Source of the DNA: Moniliella sp. 'wahieum'
Taxonomy: Eukaryota
NCBI GenBank assembly: GCA_003971905.1
Contig: RSEE01000092.1
Span: forward strand, 186,001 to 250,000
Direction of reading: 5' to 3'
Length of the DNA: 64,000 bases
In this document: one piece after another, positions 1 to 15,230 of the stretch
Layout: every line of letters starts with the position of its first letter
How positions within the stretch are numbered: position 1 is the first letter of the stretch
Position numbers and translations under genes: made by a program
Notes under the pieces: model-generated
Database searches by the model: none
Told to the model about the DNA's origin: nothing
Seen by the model: only the letters and a program-made list of their open reading frames with translations

Positions 1-387
1 TGGCTGAGGCCGAACGGTTGCAGGAGGAAGTGGTGGTGTCGCGCGCTGCGGCCGAAAAGGCAGAGCGGCAGCTGCGTTGGCCCAAAGTGAAGCTGAGCAC
101 CTCATGCTCGTTCGACGGTCGAGATTGAGGCTGAACGGGAGCGACGAAGTCAGTTGGAACGCGTGGTGCGTGGATTGGAAGGCGAATGCGAGCGGTATCG
201 CCAACAGGTACGTTTTTTCGTTTCGTTCGTTTCTTTGTCTAGTGGTGGTGGTGGTGGCTGTTTTTCATGGCTGGAGAGGGGGGGGGGGTCCTCTCACGTG
301 CGATGGGCTTCTGACATTTATCTTGTTTGGCAGTTGGAAGATGCGCAGCTGGATGGTCCTGATCACGGCCTCCAGCTTGGGGAATGA
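1..387 (+). CDS. 3' end of a coiled-coil protein (partial), intron 208-333
   Basis: E/R/L/A-rich heptad-like peptide (EIEAERERRSQLERVVRGLEGECERYRQQ). GTACGT donor at 208, CTGAC branch, CAG acceptor at 333, last exon LEDAQLDGPDHGLQLGE*. Confidence 0.6.
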
Positions 388-1984
388 GTGGAATGAGTTG
401 GACGTGCCAAATCCGACACACTGGGAGCGGCGCTGGAGCGAGCGCGACGTCAAGTGTCAGACGAGGCGCAGGATACGTGTGACGACTGTGGTGAACGGTA
501 CGTGGCTTGCGTCTCTTTACTGTTTGCACTCACTCCGTGTGCAGTGGAACGAGGTGGGGAGCAGAAAAAAAGCTGACTCCAGATCAGAGGACATCGACTG
601 GAAAATTGTCCGTATGCACAGGTATTTTGATCGTTCGATACGGGGTGAGTTGTTGCCGACCGGACCAAGTCCAAGCACCGAGGACGTAGTGCAGTGCGCA
701 TGTGCTTTGGTCAAGGCCGTCGTTGGTCTCTTGCGGTGTGTTTCTTCAAGCCTCGCGCTTGTAATAGCTTGCAGCTTCACCTCCGTGGCTGCTGCCGGAC
801 CCTGTGCGGGAGGAGGGGAGGCGTTGGCACTCCCGGCGTTATCGGCTATTTTCCTTCCTGTTTGTCGGGCTTTGCAGTCTCGGCCCCGTTTTCATGGGAC
901 ACCGCGGTAGAGAAATTCATCGGATTAGGAATCTGCAGTGCCTGTCTTCCCCTTCCTACTTAGTGGTGAGAGCAAGTGCTCGTAGCCTGGTATAATCGAT
1001 ACTGATGTATTATTGCTCAAACCGCTGCCTTCAGTGCCTCTGGCCGTGGCAGGGCGCGCGTGGGACCAGCGCTGAGCGAGGCCATAGGCAGGTTGGGCAC
1101 GGCATCATTGTACCACCCAATCGTGAACCAGTGTGGGGACAAATGGTGAATGCGCGTCCGTGCAGTGAAGACCCCAACGAGCGGACAGTGCACCGCGGGA
1201 CAAGACAAACAACTACCAATGGCTACCCCGGAGACACTACCACTGGGAGCTACAACGGGGGGAGGATGGCTCTGGTTGGATGAAATACGTCGCGCTGCGA
1301 CGGAAGGGGGCACTGGTCAGTGCTAGTCACCAGAGCTGGCCAGAACAAGCCAGAACAAGCCAAGAGGGCGGGACGGCAGGAGGGCAGGAGGGCAGGAGGG
1401 AAGGAGGGCACTAGGGATGGGACGGGACTACGACGACCACAGAGGGGAGGGGGTTCAGGTGTCGAAACTCCGAATCCAGAGATCCAGAGGTGGAGAGGTA
1501 GAATGGGAGATGGAATGGGCAATCACGATGGAGCTGCGATTGTATGTGGACGCAAGAGCAAGAAGAGCAGGAAGAGCAGGAGCAGGAGCACCACACCATC
1601 GTAAACCCAAGCCAGGGTAAAGCCAAAGAAGGCAACCCCCGGGGAAGGCAACTCCCCAGGGAAAGCAAAAAAAACTTAGACAAGGCCACCCCCCCCCCCA
1701 GGCGGAAGAAAACGCCAGAGAAAAGAGAAACAAATCATGTGCTTCTTTCAATCCAACCCTTGGACCCTCCACCCTCTACACTTGAGCCATGAGCCTTGAG
1801 CCTCGAGCCTTCCCCTTTGCACCTTCGTCGCTTGGCCCTTTAACCCTTGTTGGTTCACCAGGACCTAAGCGCACATCCAGCACCGAAGCAAAAGACGGGC
1901 GCTAGACGCGCACCCCCCCCCCACCCTCAACCTCGAGCCTCACTTCCCACACAACACCCCTCACCCTCACCGCGCCTGCTTGCT

Positions 1985-4427
1985 TTACCACCCCTCGGCT
2001 TCGGCGGGCAAGGGCGGGATGGAGCGGAAGACAGAAAAGGGGTTATCATCCTCATCTTCATGATCGCCATCACCATCACCATGGCCATGGCCATCGGCAT
2101 CGCCATCGTGATCAGGACGGTGATGAGGATTGTAGTCGGGCGGGGGTCCGCTCCAGAGCGGATCGTGGCCAAACATGGCATCAAACCGCCGCTTGCCATT
2201 TGGCTCGTTTGGCAATAGCTCGAAGCACGTGGTGTGAGACGACGCGTTCGGCCGGGCCGGTGGTGAGCAAAGAGTCGGCAGTCAACGCTCCTTCGCCCGC
2301 GCCTGGGACCGTGCCAGTGGTTGTGGAATCCCCATTGACATTGGCATTGGCATTGGCATTGGCGTTGGCGTTGAGATGGGGGGTACCGGGTGTACCGGCC
2401 GATGCGCCATGTGGATCAGCAGCAGTTGGTCCCCTGTGCCTCCGCCGCTGGCCGATGGAGCATGATGATGATTTTTTTTACGTTTTCCCGCGGCGGTTTG
2501 GGCGCGGAGTTGGCGTTGACGTCGAATCCAGCCCTGTTCGATTTCGCGTTCGAAGGAGGCGAGGCCATGGAGGTATTCCTGGTAAGCCATGCGTTTCTGG
2601 GCGATTTCCAAGAGCCGGTGTTTGCGCGCGTGGTTGAGGGTGCGGACGTGGCGCAACGCGCGCTGTACTCGGCGCAACGTCGAGCTCACCTCGTCGTCCA
2701 GCGGTTCGCCGGCCGGGTGCGTAGGCGAGGGCAGGGAAGTCGGTGGCAGTAGAGGTACGGGAAGGGAAGCGGATAGTGCGGGCGAGGGTGGCGAAGGCCC
2801 CGATCCGATAAGTTCATTGTCACTGGACGCGCTAGCAACATCTCCAACTCGTCCGCAAACGAGTTTCAAATGTGCCCACATCTTGTCCCAGCGATGCGGT
2901 CACCGCCGGAGGCACTACCTCTTTCAGACGTAAACCCAATAAGGGCATGCGTGCCTTGGCCTCCTCCTCCTCCCCCCTTTCTCCGCCCCGGGCGCCCGTT
3001 CGTCCGACGACGAGGGCGACGGGAGGACGGCGAACGCGGCAGCGGCAAGAGGGAGGCAACCACACGTTGGGTCGTTGGGCCCGAGGCGGCATCGTCGGTA
3101 ACCCAACTGCGATCGCTCAAGGCGGCCGGGGTAAAGGAAGGGTTGTACCCGTTCGGTTTTTTCTTGTCGGACCCCGTCGGCGGCGGAGCCGAGGCAACAG
3201 CGTCGGTGGACCCGGCCTGTCCGCCGCCGCCGAGGGACGGGACCGGTTCCTGTTCCCAGGCCAGACGGTAGTAGGGTCCCAACGGGGGCATATCAAAGAT
3301 ATGCGCATCCGCCTCTTCTTCGTGGCTGGCCGAGGTGAGCCAAGCGAGGTCGTCTTCGGTGATCGACTTGAAGTAGGGTTCGACAGCAGTAAAAAAGGTT
3401 TGCAATGGCACCTGGGCTGCCTCTTTTCCCTTTTTGGTATGGGAGCGCGCAGGCACCTCGCCCGGGGGGACACTGTCGCGTTCGCGCTCCGTTCGCGGTC
3501 GCGCCAGTCGCGTGCGCTAAAGTCCTCCTCGACCTCGTACAGCGTGGTTGCCTTCCACCGACGCGCACGCGTGTGGGCCAGACGCGGCATGATGGTGGTG
3601 GGCGTCACGCTGGGCAATGCCCAGGCCGGGTCCACGGGGGGCTCGGGGGCGGCGGGGAGGGAAGAGGAGGAGGGCGGGGCTTGGCCGGCGCGAGTGAGGG
3701 CTGGGAAATAAAGGATTTGTCAGCTTGTTGTCCCACTTGAGGCGGGGGGGGGGGGGGAGGGACGGAGGCGAGGGGCGGGAGGCGAGGGGGAGAGGAGGGA
3801 TGGTATGTGATGGGACGGGGGACGTACTTTGGGTGTGGGATGGAGCGGCGCGGGTTGGGACGGGCGAGGGGCAAGTCATCGTCGGGAGAGAGGACGGCGC
3901 GTTTGCGCTTGGCGACCTGGACGGGCGCGGAAGCAGGTGCGGCGCGGACGCGGCGCAGACGTGGGCGTAGGCGCGGAGGCGGAGACGGAGGCGGAGACGG
4001 GCGGGGGCGAGCGGGAAGAGTCGGTGGCGGGGGGCGGGATCCGGCAGAGGACACGAGGGAGGGGTCGCGGCGGATCTTGATGCGGGGTAGTTTGGGGGGC
4101 GGGGGCAGAGCTGGGCGCGGGCAGGGGGGCGGCAGCGGGTGCCGAGGCGGGGAGGGGGGGCGAGGGGCGGGCGCACGCGCGGCGGGGGCCGAGGTGGGCG
4201 TGGAGGCGGCGGGGGGCGAGTGGGTGCGGGGGCGGAGAGGGAGCGTCGGCGGGGCTTGCGGGCGGCGGTGCGGCGGCGGCGGTGGGCTGGGCGGGGCGAC
4301 GCGGCGGATGGAGGCGGAGAGGGAGTGCTTGAGGTCGGCGAGCGCGTGGGCGAGGACGGGGAGGGTGTCGGGGCGGGGGAGGGTGTCGGTGGGGCGAGGG
4401 CGAGGAGGCGCTCGGGGGCGGGGGCAT
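1985..4427 (-). CDS. NGG1: SAGA/ADA histone acetyltransferase subunit Ada3/Ngg1 (frameshifted in this assembly)
   Basis: Ada3-like blocks QVPLQTFFTAVEPYFKSITEDDLAWL, MPPLGPYY and DDEVSSTLRRVQRALRHVRTLNHARKHRLLEIAQKRMAYQEY spread over several frames. Pro-rich N-terminus. Confidence 0.85.
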
Positions 4428-4784
4428 GATGGCGGTGGAGGTGGTGGTGGAGGTGGTGGTGGAGGTGGTGGTGGTGTGGTGCGGGTGAATGCGGGCGGGG
4501 TGTGTGTTCCGCGGGGGGGCGGAATGGGAACCCTAGCGGTGGGTGCTAGGGTTGGGGCTGCCCCAGCAGAAAAGGCCACATGGTGGTTGCGTTTTCCACC
4601 CAGTACAGTGCAAAAATGCCACGGACTGTCCACGTGGGTTTGTGGCTGGAAAGCAGCCGCCGCTGTATCTGGCGCCCCAGCGGCTACTAATCCCCTCACC
4701 CTCGTCCGCCCCAGCGCCCCTGTCCGTGCGCTGCCCTCCCCCTCCCCCCCGCCGCTACACCTCCACCCCACCACCTCCTCCTCC

Positions 4785-6645
4785 ATGGGCGCCACCGCCA
4801 CCGGCATGGTCCCCCGCTGCGCGCGTCGCTGCGCTGCGTGCCCAGCTGCGCGCCGCCCAGCTCGACGCCTACCTCGTGCCCTCGAGGACGCCACAGAGCG
4901 AGTACCCCGCCGGGTGCGATGCGCGCCGCGCCTACCTCACCGGCTTCAACGGCAGTGCCGGCACCGCCCTCGTCACCGCCGACAAGGCCTCTCTTTACCG
5001 ATGGCCGGTACTTCTCCAGGCTGCCGCGCACTCGAGCCGGGCGTGTGGACGCTGATGCGCCAGGGCGAGCCCGGCGTGCCGACGTGGCAAGAGTACGTCG
5101 CCCACCACCTCCCGTCCGGCAGCCGGGTGGGTGTTGAGTGCCGAGCTGATCACTGCGCCCGATGCGGCGGAGCTGGCGAGCGCGCTGACGCCGCGCGACA
5201 GCCAGCTGGTCGCTGTCGACGGTCCCAATCCCGTCGATACCATCTGGGCCGACGACCACGCTGCGCCGCGTCCGGCCCGTTCCGCACCAGCCCGTGTTCT
5301 GCCTGGCGGACGAAGCGGCGGCGCGAGCTACGGGGACAAGGTGGCTGCGTTGCGTGCTGCGCTACGTGCGCGCGCGACGCCGGCTCAAGTCTGGTGGCCA
5401 ACATGCTGGACGAAGTGGCGTGGCTGTTCAACCTGCGCGGCACCGATGCCCTACAACCCCGTCTTTTTCGCCTTTGCCTTTGTCCTGCTCGACCAGACCT
5501 GGCTCTTTGTCCAGCCGGGCGTGCTGACGCCCGAGGCGGAGGCTCGACTGCTTCCTATCCCGACATTCGCGTCCTGCCCTACTCGTCCTTTTACCACGAG
5601 CTCAGTACCTGGGCCCAAACTGCCGGGGCCAGCGCCCATCCTGCTCGGCCAGCGCGCCAGTTGGCCATCCAACGTGCGCTCGGCGGGCCAAGCAAGACCG
5701 TGGTGGACCGGAGCATCATCCAGGACCACAAGGCCATCAAGACGGCGCTGAGCTGGCTGGGTTCAGAGAGGCGCACGTGCGCGACGGGGTGGCGTTGGCG
5801 CAGTACTTTAGCTGGCTCGAGCGCACGTTGCACGCCGGGACCAAGGTGAACGAGTACGATGCGGCAGCCAAGTTGACCTCGTTGCGGGCGCAGCAGCCCG
5901 GGTTTAAAGGCGAGTCATTTGAGACCATCTCTTCGACCGGCGCCAATGCAGCCATCATTCATTATGGTCCCCCGCCCGAGGGGAGCGCGACGATTGACCG
6001 GAGCAGATCTACCTCTGTGACAGGGGGTGCACTTTGATACGCCCGGCACGACAGATGTGACGCGTACCTGGCACTTTGGTACGCCGACGGCGGAAGAAGT
6101 GAGGGCCAACACGCGTGTGCTCCAAGGACACATTGCGTTGGCCACGACGATTTTCCCTACGGGTACGACGGGGTATGTGATTGATTCGTTGGCGCGTCGT
6201 GCGCTGTGGAGCGAAGGGTGGGACTACAAGCACGGAACAGGGCATGGGGTCGGTGCCTGGCTCAATGTGCACGAAGGTCCGCATGGGATCAACACGCGTG
6301 CCGCGTCGGACAGCACGGCGTTGAAACCCGGGATGATCGTGTCGAATGAGCCGGGGCTGTACCTGGCCGGATCGTTTGGGATCCGGATCGAGTCCCTGGT
6401 TGCGGTCCAGACCAAGCAGACGGCGCATCCGTCCGAACGGCCGTTCCTTGAATTCGACACGCTCACCCTCTGCCCGATCCAGGCGTCGTTGGTGGACGCG
6501 AGCCTGCTCAGCCCGGACGAGAAGGGGTGGATGAAGCGGTACCACCAGGGGTGTACGAGGGCCTTGCGCCGCGCCTCGAAGCGCTCAACGACACGGAGAC
6601 CCTGGCGTGGCTCAAGCGCGAGTGCGACGCGGCCAGGCGCTGTAG
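4785..6645 (+). CDS. Xaa-Pro aminopeptidase P (M24B, XPNPEP1/Fra1-like)
   Basis: Motifs DAYLVPS..HQSEY, LDEVAWLFNLRGTD, FETISSTGANAAIIHY, GTTDVTRTWHFG, YKHGTGHGVG..LNVHEGP, SNEPGLY..GSFGIRIE. 3' end approximate. Confidence 0.93.
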
Positions 6646-7598
6646 GCGGTCCCTGGACGATGGATGGCACACTACACAGATGCAGAAACGCAAGTAGGGC
6701 AAGGAGGTGGACATAGGACGGATGGATGGATAGATGGATGGATGGATGGATGGATGGATGAATGGGTCAAGCTTCAAGGAGAAGACATTGGACGGAGATG
6801 ATCGATGATCGATGGAGGAGGCGACGCGGGGCGGGGACGATGAGGGTGACTGAAAGCGTCTGACACGGACGAGGGCGAGGGGGCAGGAAACATGTGACAT
6901 GTGACTAGTGCCTGGTGCCGAATGGTGACGTTGAACTTCAAAGCTTCAACGTTGAGAGCGGCGCCGGTCGGACACGGCCGGGTACACTGGGCGGAGACTG
7001 CCGCCGTGCCGGGTGGGGCAGCTGCGAGAGTGGGCTGATCGACAGACCCAAGTCGGTTCCTTCGGTGTTGTTCTTTGCTTCCCAGGCCGGCTCCCCCGCG
7101 GCCAGTGAAGCGTGAAGCGCACGTCCAGCGGCCCTGTGCCGATCCCAGCTGGGTGGCCCATGCTGCGCCCAGACTGCCCCCTGGCCTGTGCTTTTGGGCG
7201 GGGTGCCCGCCTCGCCGCTCCCGCTCCCGGCGGCCACGTCGCCATGTCTCCTGTCTGCGCGCAAGGCTGTGGTGTGTGTCGCGGTGCGCTGCCTTGCCCA
7301 GCGCCACACGTACCGTGCCGTACCACACACGCCCAGGCCTCAGTACCAGTACGCGGTCCCCGATCGGCCATCTCACATGCACACGGCGAGGGGTGTGTCA
7401 GCGCAGCGTGCGCACGCCTGTGCCAGCACGCTCCTACCCGCCCTTGCCAAACTCGCACGACCGGCGACGGCAGCCGATCCGACACGCGCCGCCTTCCTTC
7501 TTTTCCTCTTGAGTCCTGCTTGAAGCTTGAGTTCTCTCTCTCTTTCTCCCACGTCCATCCCGCGGCTACAGACAAGTGTTACGCAACCGCCCTCCGCC

Positions 7599-9407
7599 AT
7601 GGCCACCACTGACTCTACGCCGTCGATTGCGTCTGGGACGCCGCCGCCGCCGAGCGCGGCGCTGCGGTACGACTGCCAAGTGTGCATTGTGGGAGCGGGG
7701 ATTGTGGGGATGGTAACGGCGCTGTTGCTGCGTCGGTTGGGGATCAACGTATTGATTGAGCGGCAGACGAGTGTGTATCCGCTTCCGCGTGCCGTGTCGT
7801 TGAGTGGGGATGCGATTCGGGTGTGCATTGATGCTGGCTTGGGGGAGGAACTGCTACGGTTCGTGGCGGGCGCGACGGATGCGGGAGTGTGTCGTGGCAA
7901 GATGCAGAGGGCCAGACGTTGGTGGACTTTGCCCTGTCGGCACCGACGCAAAGTGGGTACGCGACGGGCAACATATTTTGCCAGCCAATCTTTGAGACGG
8001 CAACCACATTGGCGTGCGAGGCGAACCAAGTACCGATCCACCGTGGCTGGAACTTTTACCAGTACACCACCCTGCCCTCGGGACGGCTTGTGGCCTCGTT
8101 CGAGTCGTACAAGGGACGCAACCGGTACAATACCCAGGTGCAAGTTACGTGCGACTACCTCATTTCGGCCGAGGGCACCAACTCGACCATCCGCGAGTTG
8201 GCCGGCATTGGACGCGAAGATTATGGATTCGATTACGACTGGTTGATCCTCGATACTCGGCCGGTGCACATGCAGTCCTGGCCTTGGGTGCAGGTGTGTG
8301 ATCCGGCACGGCCAACGACCATGACGGGCGGCGGGCAGGGCCGTCGTCGGTGGGAGTTTATGCGCTTGCCCAACGAATCGATTGAGGACTTGACCGATCC
8401 GAGTACGGTGTGGGGCTTGTTGCGCCCCTATGGTCTGACGCAGGAGAACTGCGAGATTGAGCGGGCGGTGGTGTATACGTTCAAGGTCTCAAGTACGTCT
8501 TATTGTTTCTCTTTCGCCCCTTGGACCTGCGTTGGTTGGTGAGGCCTGAGGTGGTTTTGGTTGGATGGTTGGACACCAACAGAGGGACAAGGGGGCAGAA
8601 AGGATACTGGATGCTGATTACTGACGTTTATGCTTGTCTGACCCAGTGCCACGTCGTACATCAATGACAAGATCTGTTTGATTGGGGACAGTGCGCACCA
8701 GACGCCGCCGTTCCTGAACCAAGGGTTGAACTGTGGGCTGCGCGATGGCGGGCAGCTGGCATGGCGTTTGGCAGCGATTTTGAAAAAGAAGGCGACGCCT
8801 GCGCTGCTGACGTCCTACACGACCGAGCGACGGCAACAGATTGATGCGATTCTGCAAAAAATCATCAAATTGGGACTGCCAATTTGCGAGACGGACGAGA
8901 GCAAGAGCAAGCCGATGCGCGAGCAGCTGAAACAGATTACGGACGATGGACCCGTGTACGAGGACCCGTTGGGACCCGGCGCGTTTGTCGATCTCGCGCG
9001 CGGCGGCGGCGTGCAACAGTTGGTGCGTGGCTCGCTCTTCTCGCCCTTGGAGCCCTACTGCCTGGCGCCGGTGGAGGACTACACTTGGCGGCTGCTGGTG
9101 GCGCCCGAGACGGAGGAGGAGGCGCTGGCCACGGCGACGGGCAATGTGAGCGTGGGCGGGACGGCGACGCCGATGCAGCTGCAGAGCGGGCCGAAGCTGA
9201 GTGGGGTGGCGACCAAGATCCGGGGCTCAAGGCGCGGGTGGTGGAGGTGCCGTCGTACGAGGGGAGGAGTATGCGGGCTGGTTTGAGGAGCGCAAGGCCA
9301 AGTATGCGCTGGTGCGGCCGGACCACTATGTGTATGGGTTTGCGGGCACGCCGCTGGAGCTGGAGGAGATGCTGCAGCAGGTGCACAAGCGCCTCGGCAC
9401 CGCCTGA
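7599..9407 (+). CDS. FAD-dependent aromatic monooxygenase (MhpA/FAD_binding_3 family), intron 8493-8646
   Basis: VCIVGAGIVG Rossmann motif, IERQTSVYPLPRAV, QVCDPARPTT, RRRWEFMRLP, LIGDSAHQTPPFLNQGLNCGLRDG, C-terminal ALVRPDHYVYG. Confidence 0.9.
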
Positions 9408-10030
9408 GGGGGGGGGGGGGAGACGCTGTGCGAATGATTCATGACTGTTTTCCAGAGGCATCAGGGGGAGGGGGAGGAAGAAAGGGATAGATAGATGGAT
9501 GGGACAGGAGCAGCGTAAGCTCAGTTAATTGTGTGTTTGGCCACCTCAAGTTGCTGAGGCGTGGCGTGGCGGGTCGCCGTCACCATCAACGTCAACATCG
9601 ACGTCAACATCACCGTCAGCGTCCTCACCAAGCCAACGTTCGACTGGTTCTTGCCGCCAACTGGGCTGAGCAGTTGCGGCTGAGTCGAGGCGGACGGGGA
9701 CCAGCGGGCAATGATTGATGATGGCCTGAGAGACCACTGCCAGCTACGACGGCCAGCTAGTAGCACGCCACGTGGGGGGCGTGCACGGACACAGCCCCAG
9801 CACCCACAGCGCCGCACGGGGGCAGTGGGGCGCGCAGGCTATTCCAGCGCCGGACGACAGTGGCGCCGTGCGGTGCGGCCTGCGCCCCCAGCGCGACGGG
9901 TGATGCATTACACACTGCCCCGTGCGGCGGCGCACGCGCAGCAGCACGCAGCAGCGCCGACGGCGTTCCAACCATCCGTCCAGCATGCGTCGTGCGTGCC
10001 ACCGCGCCCAGCCTGTCTGCCGCGCGTGCT

Positions 10031-10036
10031 TATATA
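10031..10036 (+). promoter_or_regulatory. TATA box of PGI
   Basis: TATATA about 55 nt upstream of the ATG at 10088, followed by a C-rich leader. Confidence 0.55.
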
Positions 10037-10087
10037 CGCCCTGCGCACCCATGCCTCGCCCTCCCCCTCCCCCTCCCCCATCCCCCC

Positions 10088-11901
<1,814 letters not shown>

Positions 11902-12077
11902 TAAATTTAACGTACCCTCTCTATGTTTCTTGCCTTGTTCCGTCGTCGCGTCTTCTTCCCTTTGCTCGTTCAATGTCCCATAGCCCCGCGAGTACAGAGT
12001 ACAGATTGTCTGCAATGTAGTGTTGCGTGTAAGTACACAGGTGAGTGCGAGTGCGAGGCGGTGCCGGTGCCATAGCT

Positions 12078-13035
12078 TGGAATGGAATGGAATGGAATGG
12101 AATGGAATGCGGCCATGCCGGTCCTACTTGCGTACTGAGTCTCAGTACGGTGCAGTGGGTTGGGGGGGTGGACGTTGGGCGCGTATTGGATTAGATGGGA
12201 TAGAGTAGGGATTAGGTTCGGACGATCAGATGGAGTAGGGGGCTACTAGTAGGCTAGGGACTAAGCTACTAAGCTACTAAGCTACTAAGCAACTAAGCTA
12301 CGAAGCTACGATGCTTCTTAGTAGGCTACTCCTGTCGAATGATACCTGATACCTGATACCTGGGGACCGTTACACCGTTACACCATAGGACGCCGATGAC
12401 TCGATGACGAGACTTGCAGGGAACACGGAAGGGGCAGTCCACGATGTGAGGGAGGTGGATTGAGAGCGCCCGTTCTCTTGGTTCCAACCAACGTGCGCCC
12501 AGGGTAAGAGAAGGTAGCAAGGGAAAGCCCAAGGGCAAGACCAAGACCGAGGGCGAGGGCGATAGCAAGACCGAGGGCAAAGGCGAGGACACTGAAGGAC
12601 AAAAAAGGGGGAGGGACGACATGGATTGAACGGTGAGGGAACAGTACGGTTGCGGTACGGGGGGCAAGCAAGCAAGCAAACAAAGCAAGCAAGCAAAAAA
12701 AGCAAGCAAGGAAGAAAGGAAGAAAGAGACCGGAGGGGAAAAGAGACGGACAGCGCGGTCCGGTTCGCCACTGTGGAGTCTAGCGGGGAGATGGACGGAC
12801 GAGATGAGGCTGGGCAGCCTGCGATGGGACGGCGGGGCAGCGGGATGAGATAGGTAGGGCACGGTACGGCCAAGGGGGTGGGATAGGGGGGGGGGCATCC
12901 ATCCGTAGCAGGAGAGAAAACTCAGTACTCAAAGCTCAAAGCTCAAAGCTCAGGCGCAGTCCAGTCCAGTCCAGCCCAGTCTGGTGTATTCAATCCCAGT
13001 GCAGTGCAGTACAGTGCAGCAGAGCAGAGCAGAGC
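12078..13035. repeat. Microsatellite cluster between convergent PGI and TMEM135-like genes
   Basis: (TGGAA)n ~12078-12108, (CTAAGCTA)n ~12260-12305, (AAGC)n ~12665-12710, (CTCAAAG)n ~12928-12952, then (CCAGT)n and (GCAGA)n. Confidence 0.85.
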
Positions 13036-13069
13036 AGTCGAGTAGAGGCTAGGTACTAGTTCCTAGTTC

Positions 13070-15230
13070 CTAGTTACGGCCGATAAACTGGTAAACAATT
13101 TTGCGTGTCAAGCCCGAGAGTTGATCTGGGTCGCGCGTGTAGGTGCCCATGACCAAGCTCATACCAATAGCGGTCAAGAGCAAGTCGCCACCGGGAACGA
13201 CGGGAGGTAAGCGCGTTTGCGGAGGACAGACCAAGCGGATTCAAGCCCTTGGGGAGGACGTAGGCGGCCAACTCGGCTCGTCGACGCGCATCGTCAACGA
13301 AAAGTGAGAGGCAAGTCAAGAACCCTGCGAACCAGCTGAGGTGGGGTGAGCCGAGTGTGCGACGCAGCCACAGCGGTGTGAAGCGGGCCAAGGTAGGACG
13401 CGAAAGTAGATCCTGTAATTGATGCATGGCACAAACGAGCTTTGGAACAGCGAAACAAACACGCCCAAATAAGGACGAACGGAGCGAGCCCAAAAGCGAC
13501 CGTACCACGCTCCGCCCCGGCGATCGCAGGAACGATTTCGTACGCAAAAATAGCGCCGGTACAAAGTACAGCGCGAGGTAGATGGGCAAGATCCAGCGTG
13601 TGACACGGTAGGTCCGAAGTATCGGGACCATCAGGTGATTCTCCGTGTCGGGGTGCATGTACACGCAGGGGATATGGTCAAAAGTGAGGCTAGCCGGGTC
13701 GGGTCCGGGTGGTGCATCCCCCGCGCCGCGCGGCGGCAGATAGTTTGAGTGCGACAGCGCGATGAAACGCGCGAGTTTGGTCGACAATGGAGCTAATGTT
13801 GCGTACGTTGCCTGGGAGATACCGACCAAGTTGGTCTTATTGGGCGGCACGGCCGTGAAGACGCCATCTACTTTAGCGGGCAACTTGCCGTCGGGGAAAT
13901 AGGGAGAATGCCATCCAGTTTGGCACGCCGATCGCAGCAATGTCGCGTTGAGCCGGGGTAGCCGGGGGTGGGGCATGGGATGCCTTGGTGATCCAGGACT
14001 GGTAGCCGCGCGGTAAAGTTTCCGGTGCATTGATCCATGCCCACATGATCTGGCCACAAGCCAGGCCAAACACCAGTACTGCGCCATGGGGGATGTGCAC
14101 CAATCCCTGGGAGGCAGCGACATTGTACGTGCCTTCCATGCCACGCACAAACAGCTGCTGGGCAAGCGAGATGCGCATCCCCTGATCCTCCACCAGTACC
14201 GCCAGCGCACTCACCGCGCCGGCAAGGTAGGCGTGCCACACGCGACTGCGGGGGTCGCGAATGTGCTTGGGCCGATGCCGAGGTCGATGCCGAGGCCGGG
14301 GCTGGGAGCCAGCACCAGTGCCAGAGCGGGACGGTTCGGGCTCGCTGGCGCTCTGACTTGCGTCGGACACGGCGCGGGAGCGAGGGCGAGAGCGGGAGCG
14401 AGAGCGTTGTTGCGGTGGGCGAGTGAGCAGACGCAAAGCATTAAACACAGTCTTGTAGAGCAGAGCCCAGGCGCCCATCATGGTGGCAAAGCGTACATTG
14501 GCACGATCGCCATACACGCGCCCGACAGTGGCCAACTTGAGCAACGACGGACGGGTGCGCAAGGTGCGAATCAGGGCAAAGAGGGCAAAGATGGTACCGC
14601 GCATGCCAAAGCTCACGAGCCATGCGCGCAAGCCACCGCGCAGGACATGAACCACGAGACGTTCCCAGTCGCCAGGCTCGCGGGCCGGCTCGTTGGACGG
14701 ACGCCAGAGCTTGGGCTTGAGACGGAGACTGAGGCCACGCGCGGCACCACGGACGAGAGCACGTGTGCTGGGCGGCAGACCTGGGGGGGTGCTGGGGTGG
14801 TGATGGCGGGGACAGCTGCGCCTACGCCTGTGCCTGTGCCTGCGGCGGCAGGTTGGATTTGGGGCTGCGACTGGGCCGGAAGCTGAAGCTGGGACGGGGA
14901 CGGAGGCTGCCCGTGGGGATCGGGGAGGGCGGGGGGATTTGGCGCGTGGGCGGTGGACGTGGTGGTGCTGTGCTTGGATGGGGGATGGGCGAGCTGGGCA
15001 TCGCGTGCGAGTTGCTGGAGGGTGGCGAAGGAGAGGGAGCGGCGGAGACTGCTGGCCGTGTCGGCGAGGCCGGGGGTGGGCGGGCCGCTCTGGTAGGCGA
15101 GCCAGCGGGCCTGGTCGTCGTCGGACGAGTCGCTGTCGCTGGAGGCGTCGTCGTGCTCGTGCTCGCTGGGGGGGTGGGAGGGCGTCATGGGGGCGACGAA
15201 GCGGCGGCGGTGGGGAGGGGCGGCGGGCAT
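13070..15230 (-). CDS. TMEM135-like membrane protein
   Basis: GGLRAWLVSFGMRG, HAYLAGAVSALA, AQQLFVRGME, LACGQIMWAWINAPETLP, IPCVYMHP, LPIYLALYFVP, RRAELAAYVLPKG, C-terminal VYQFIGRN*. Confidence 0.85.

Noticed and set aside
400..1300. Short ORFs downstream of the first gene
   Set aside because: No recognisable motif, consistent frame or splice signals.
4600..4785. In-frame upstream extension of aminopeptidase P resembling a mitochondrial presequence
   Set aside because: No suitable in-frame ATG nearby; indistinguishable from the C-rich 5' leaders of other genes here.
3605..5849. Very long G/R/P-rich ORFs (e.g. 3807-5849, 26881-28053, 31865-33208, 46041-47165, 59804-61288)
   Set aside because: Antisense or off-frame shadows of real GC-rich genes; stops are rare at this GC content.
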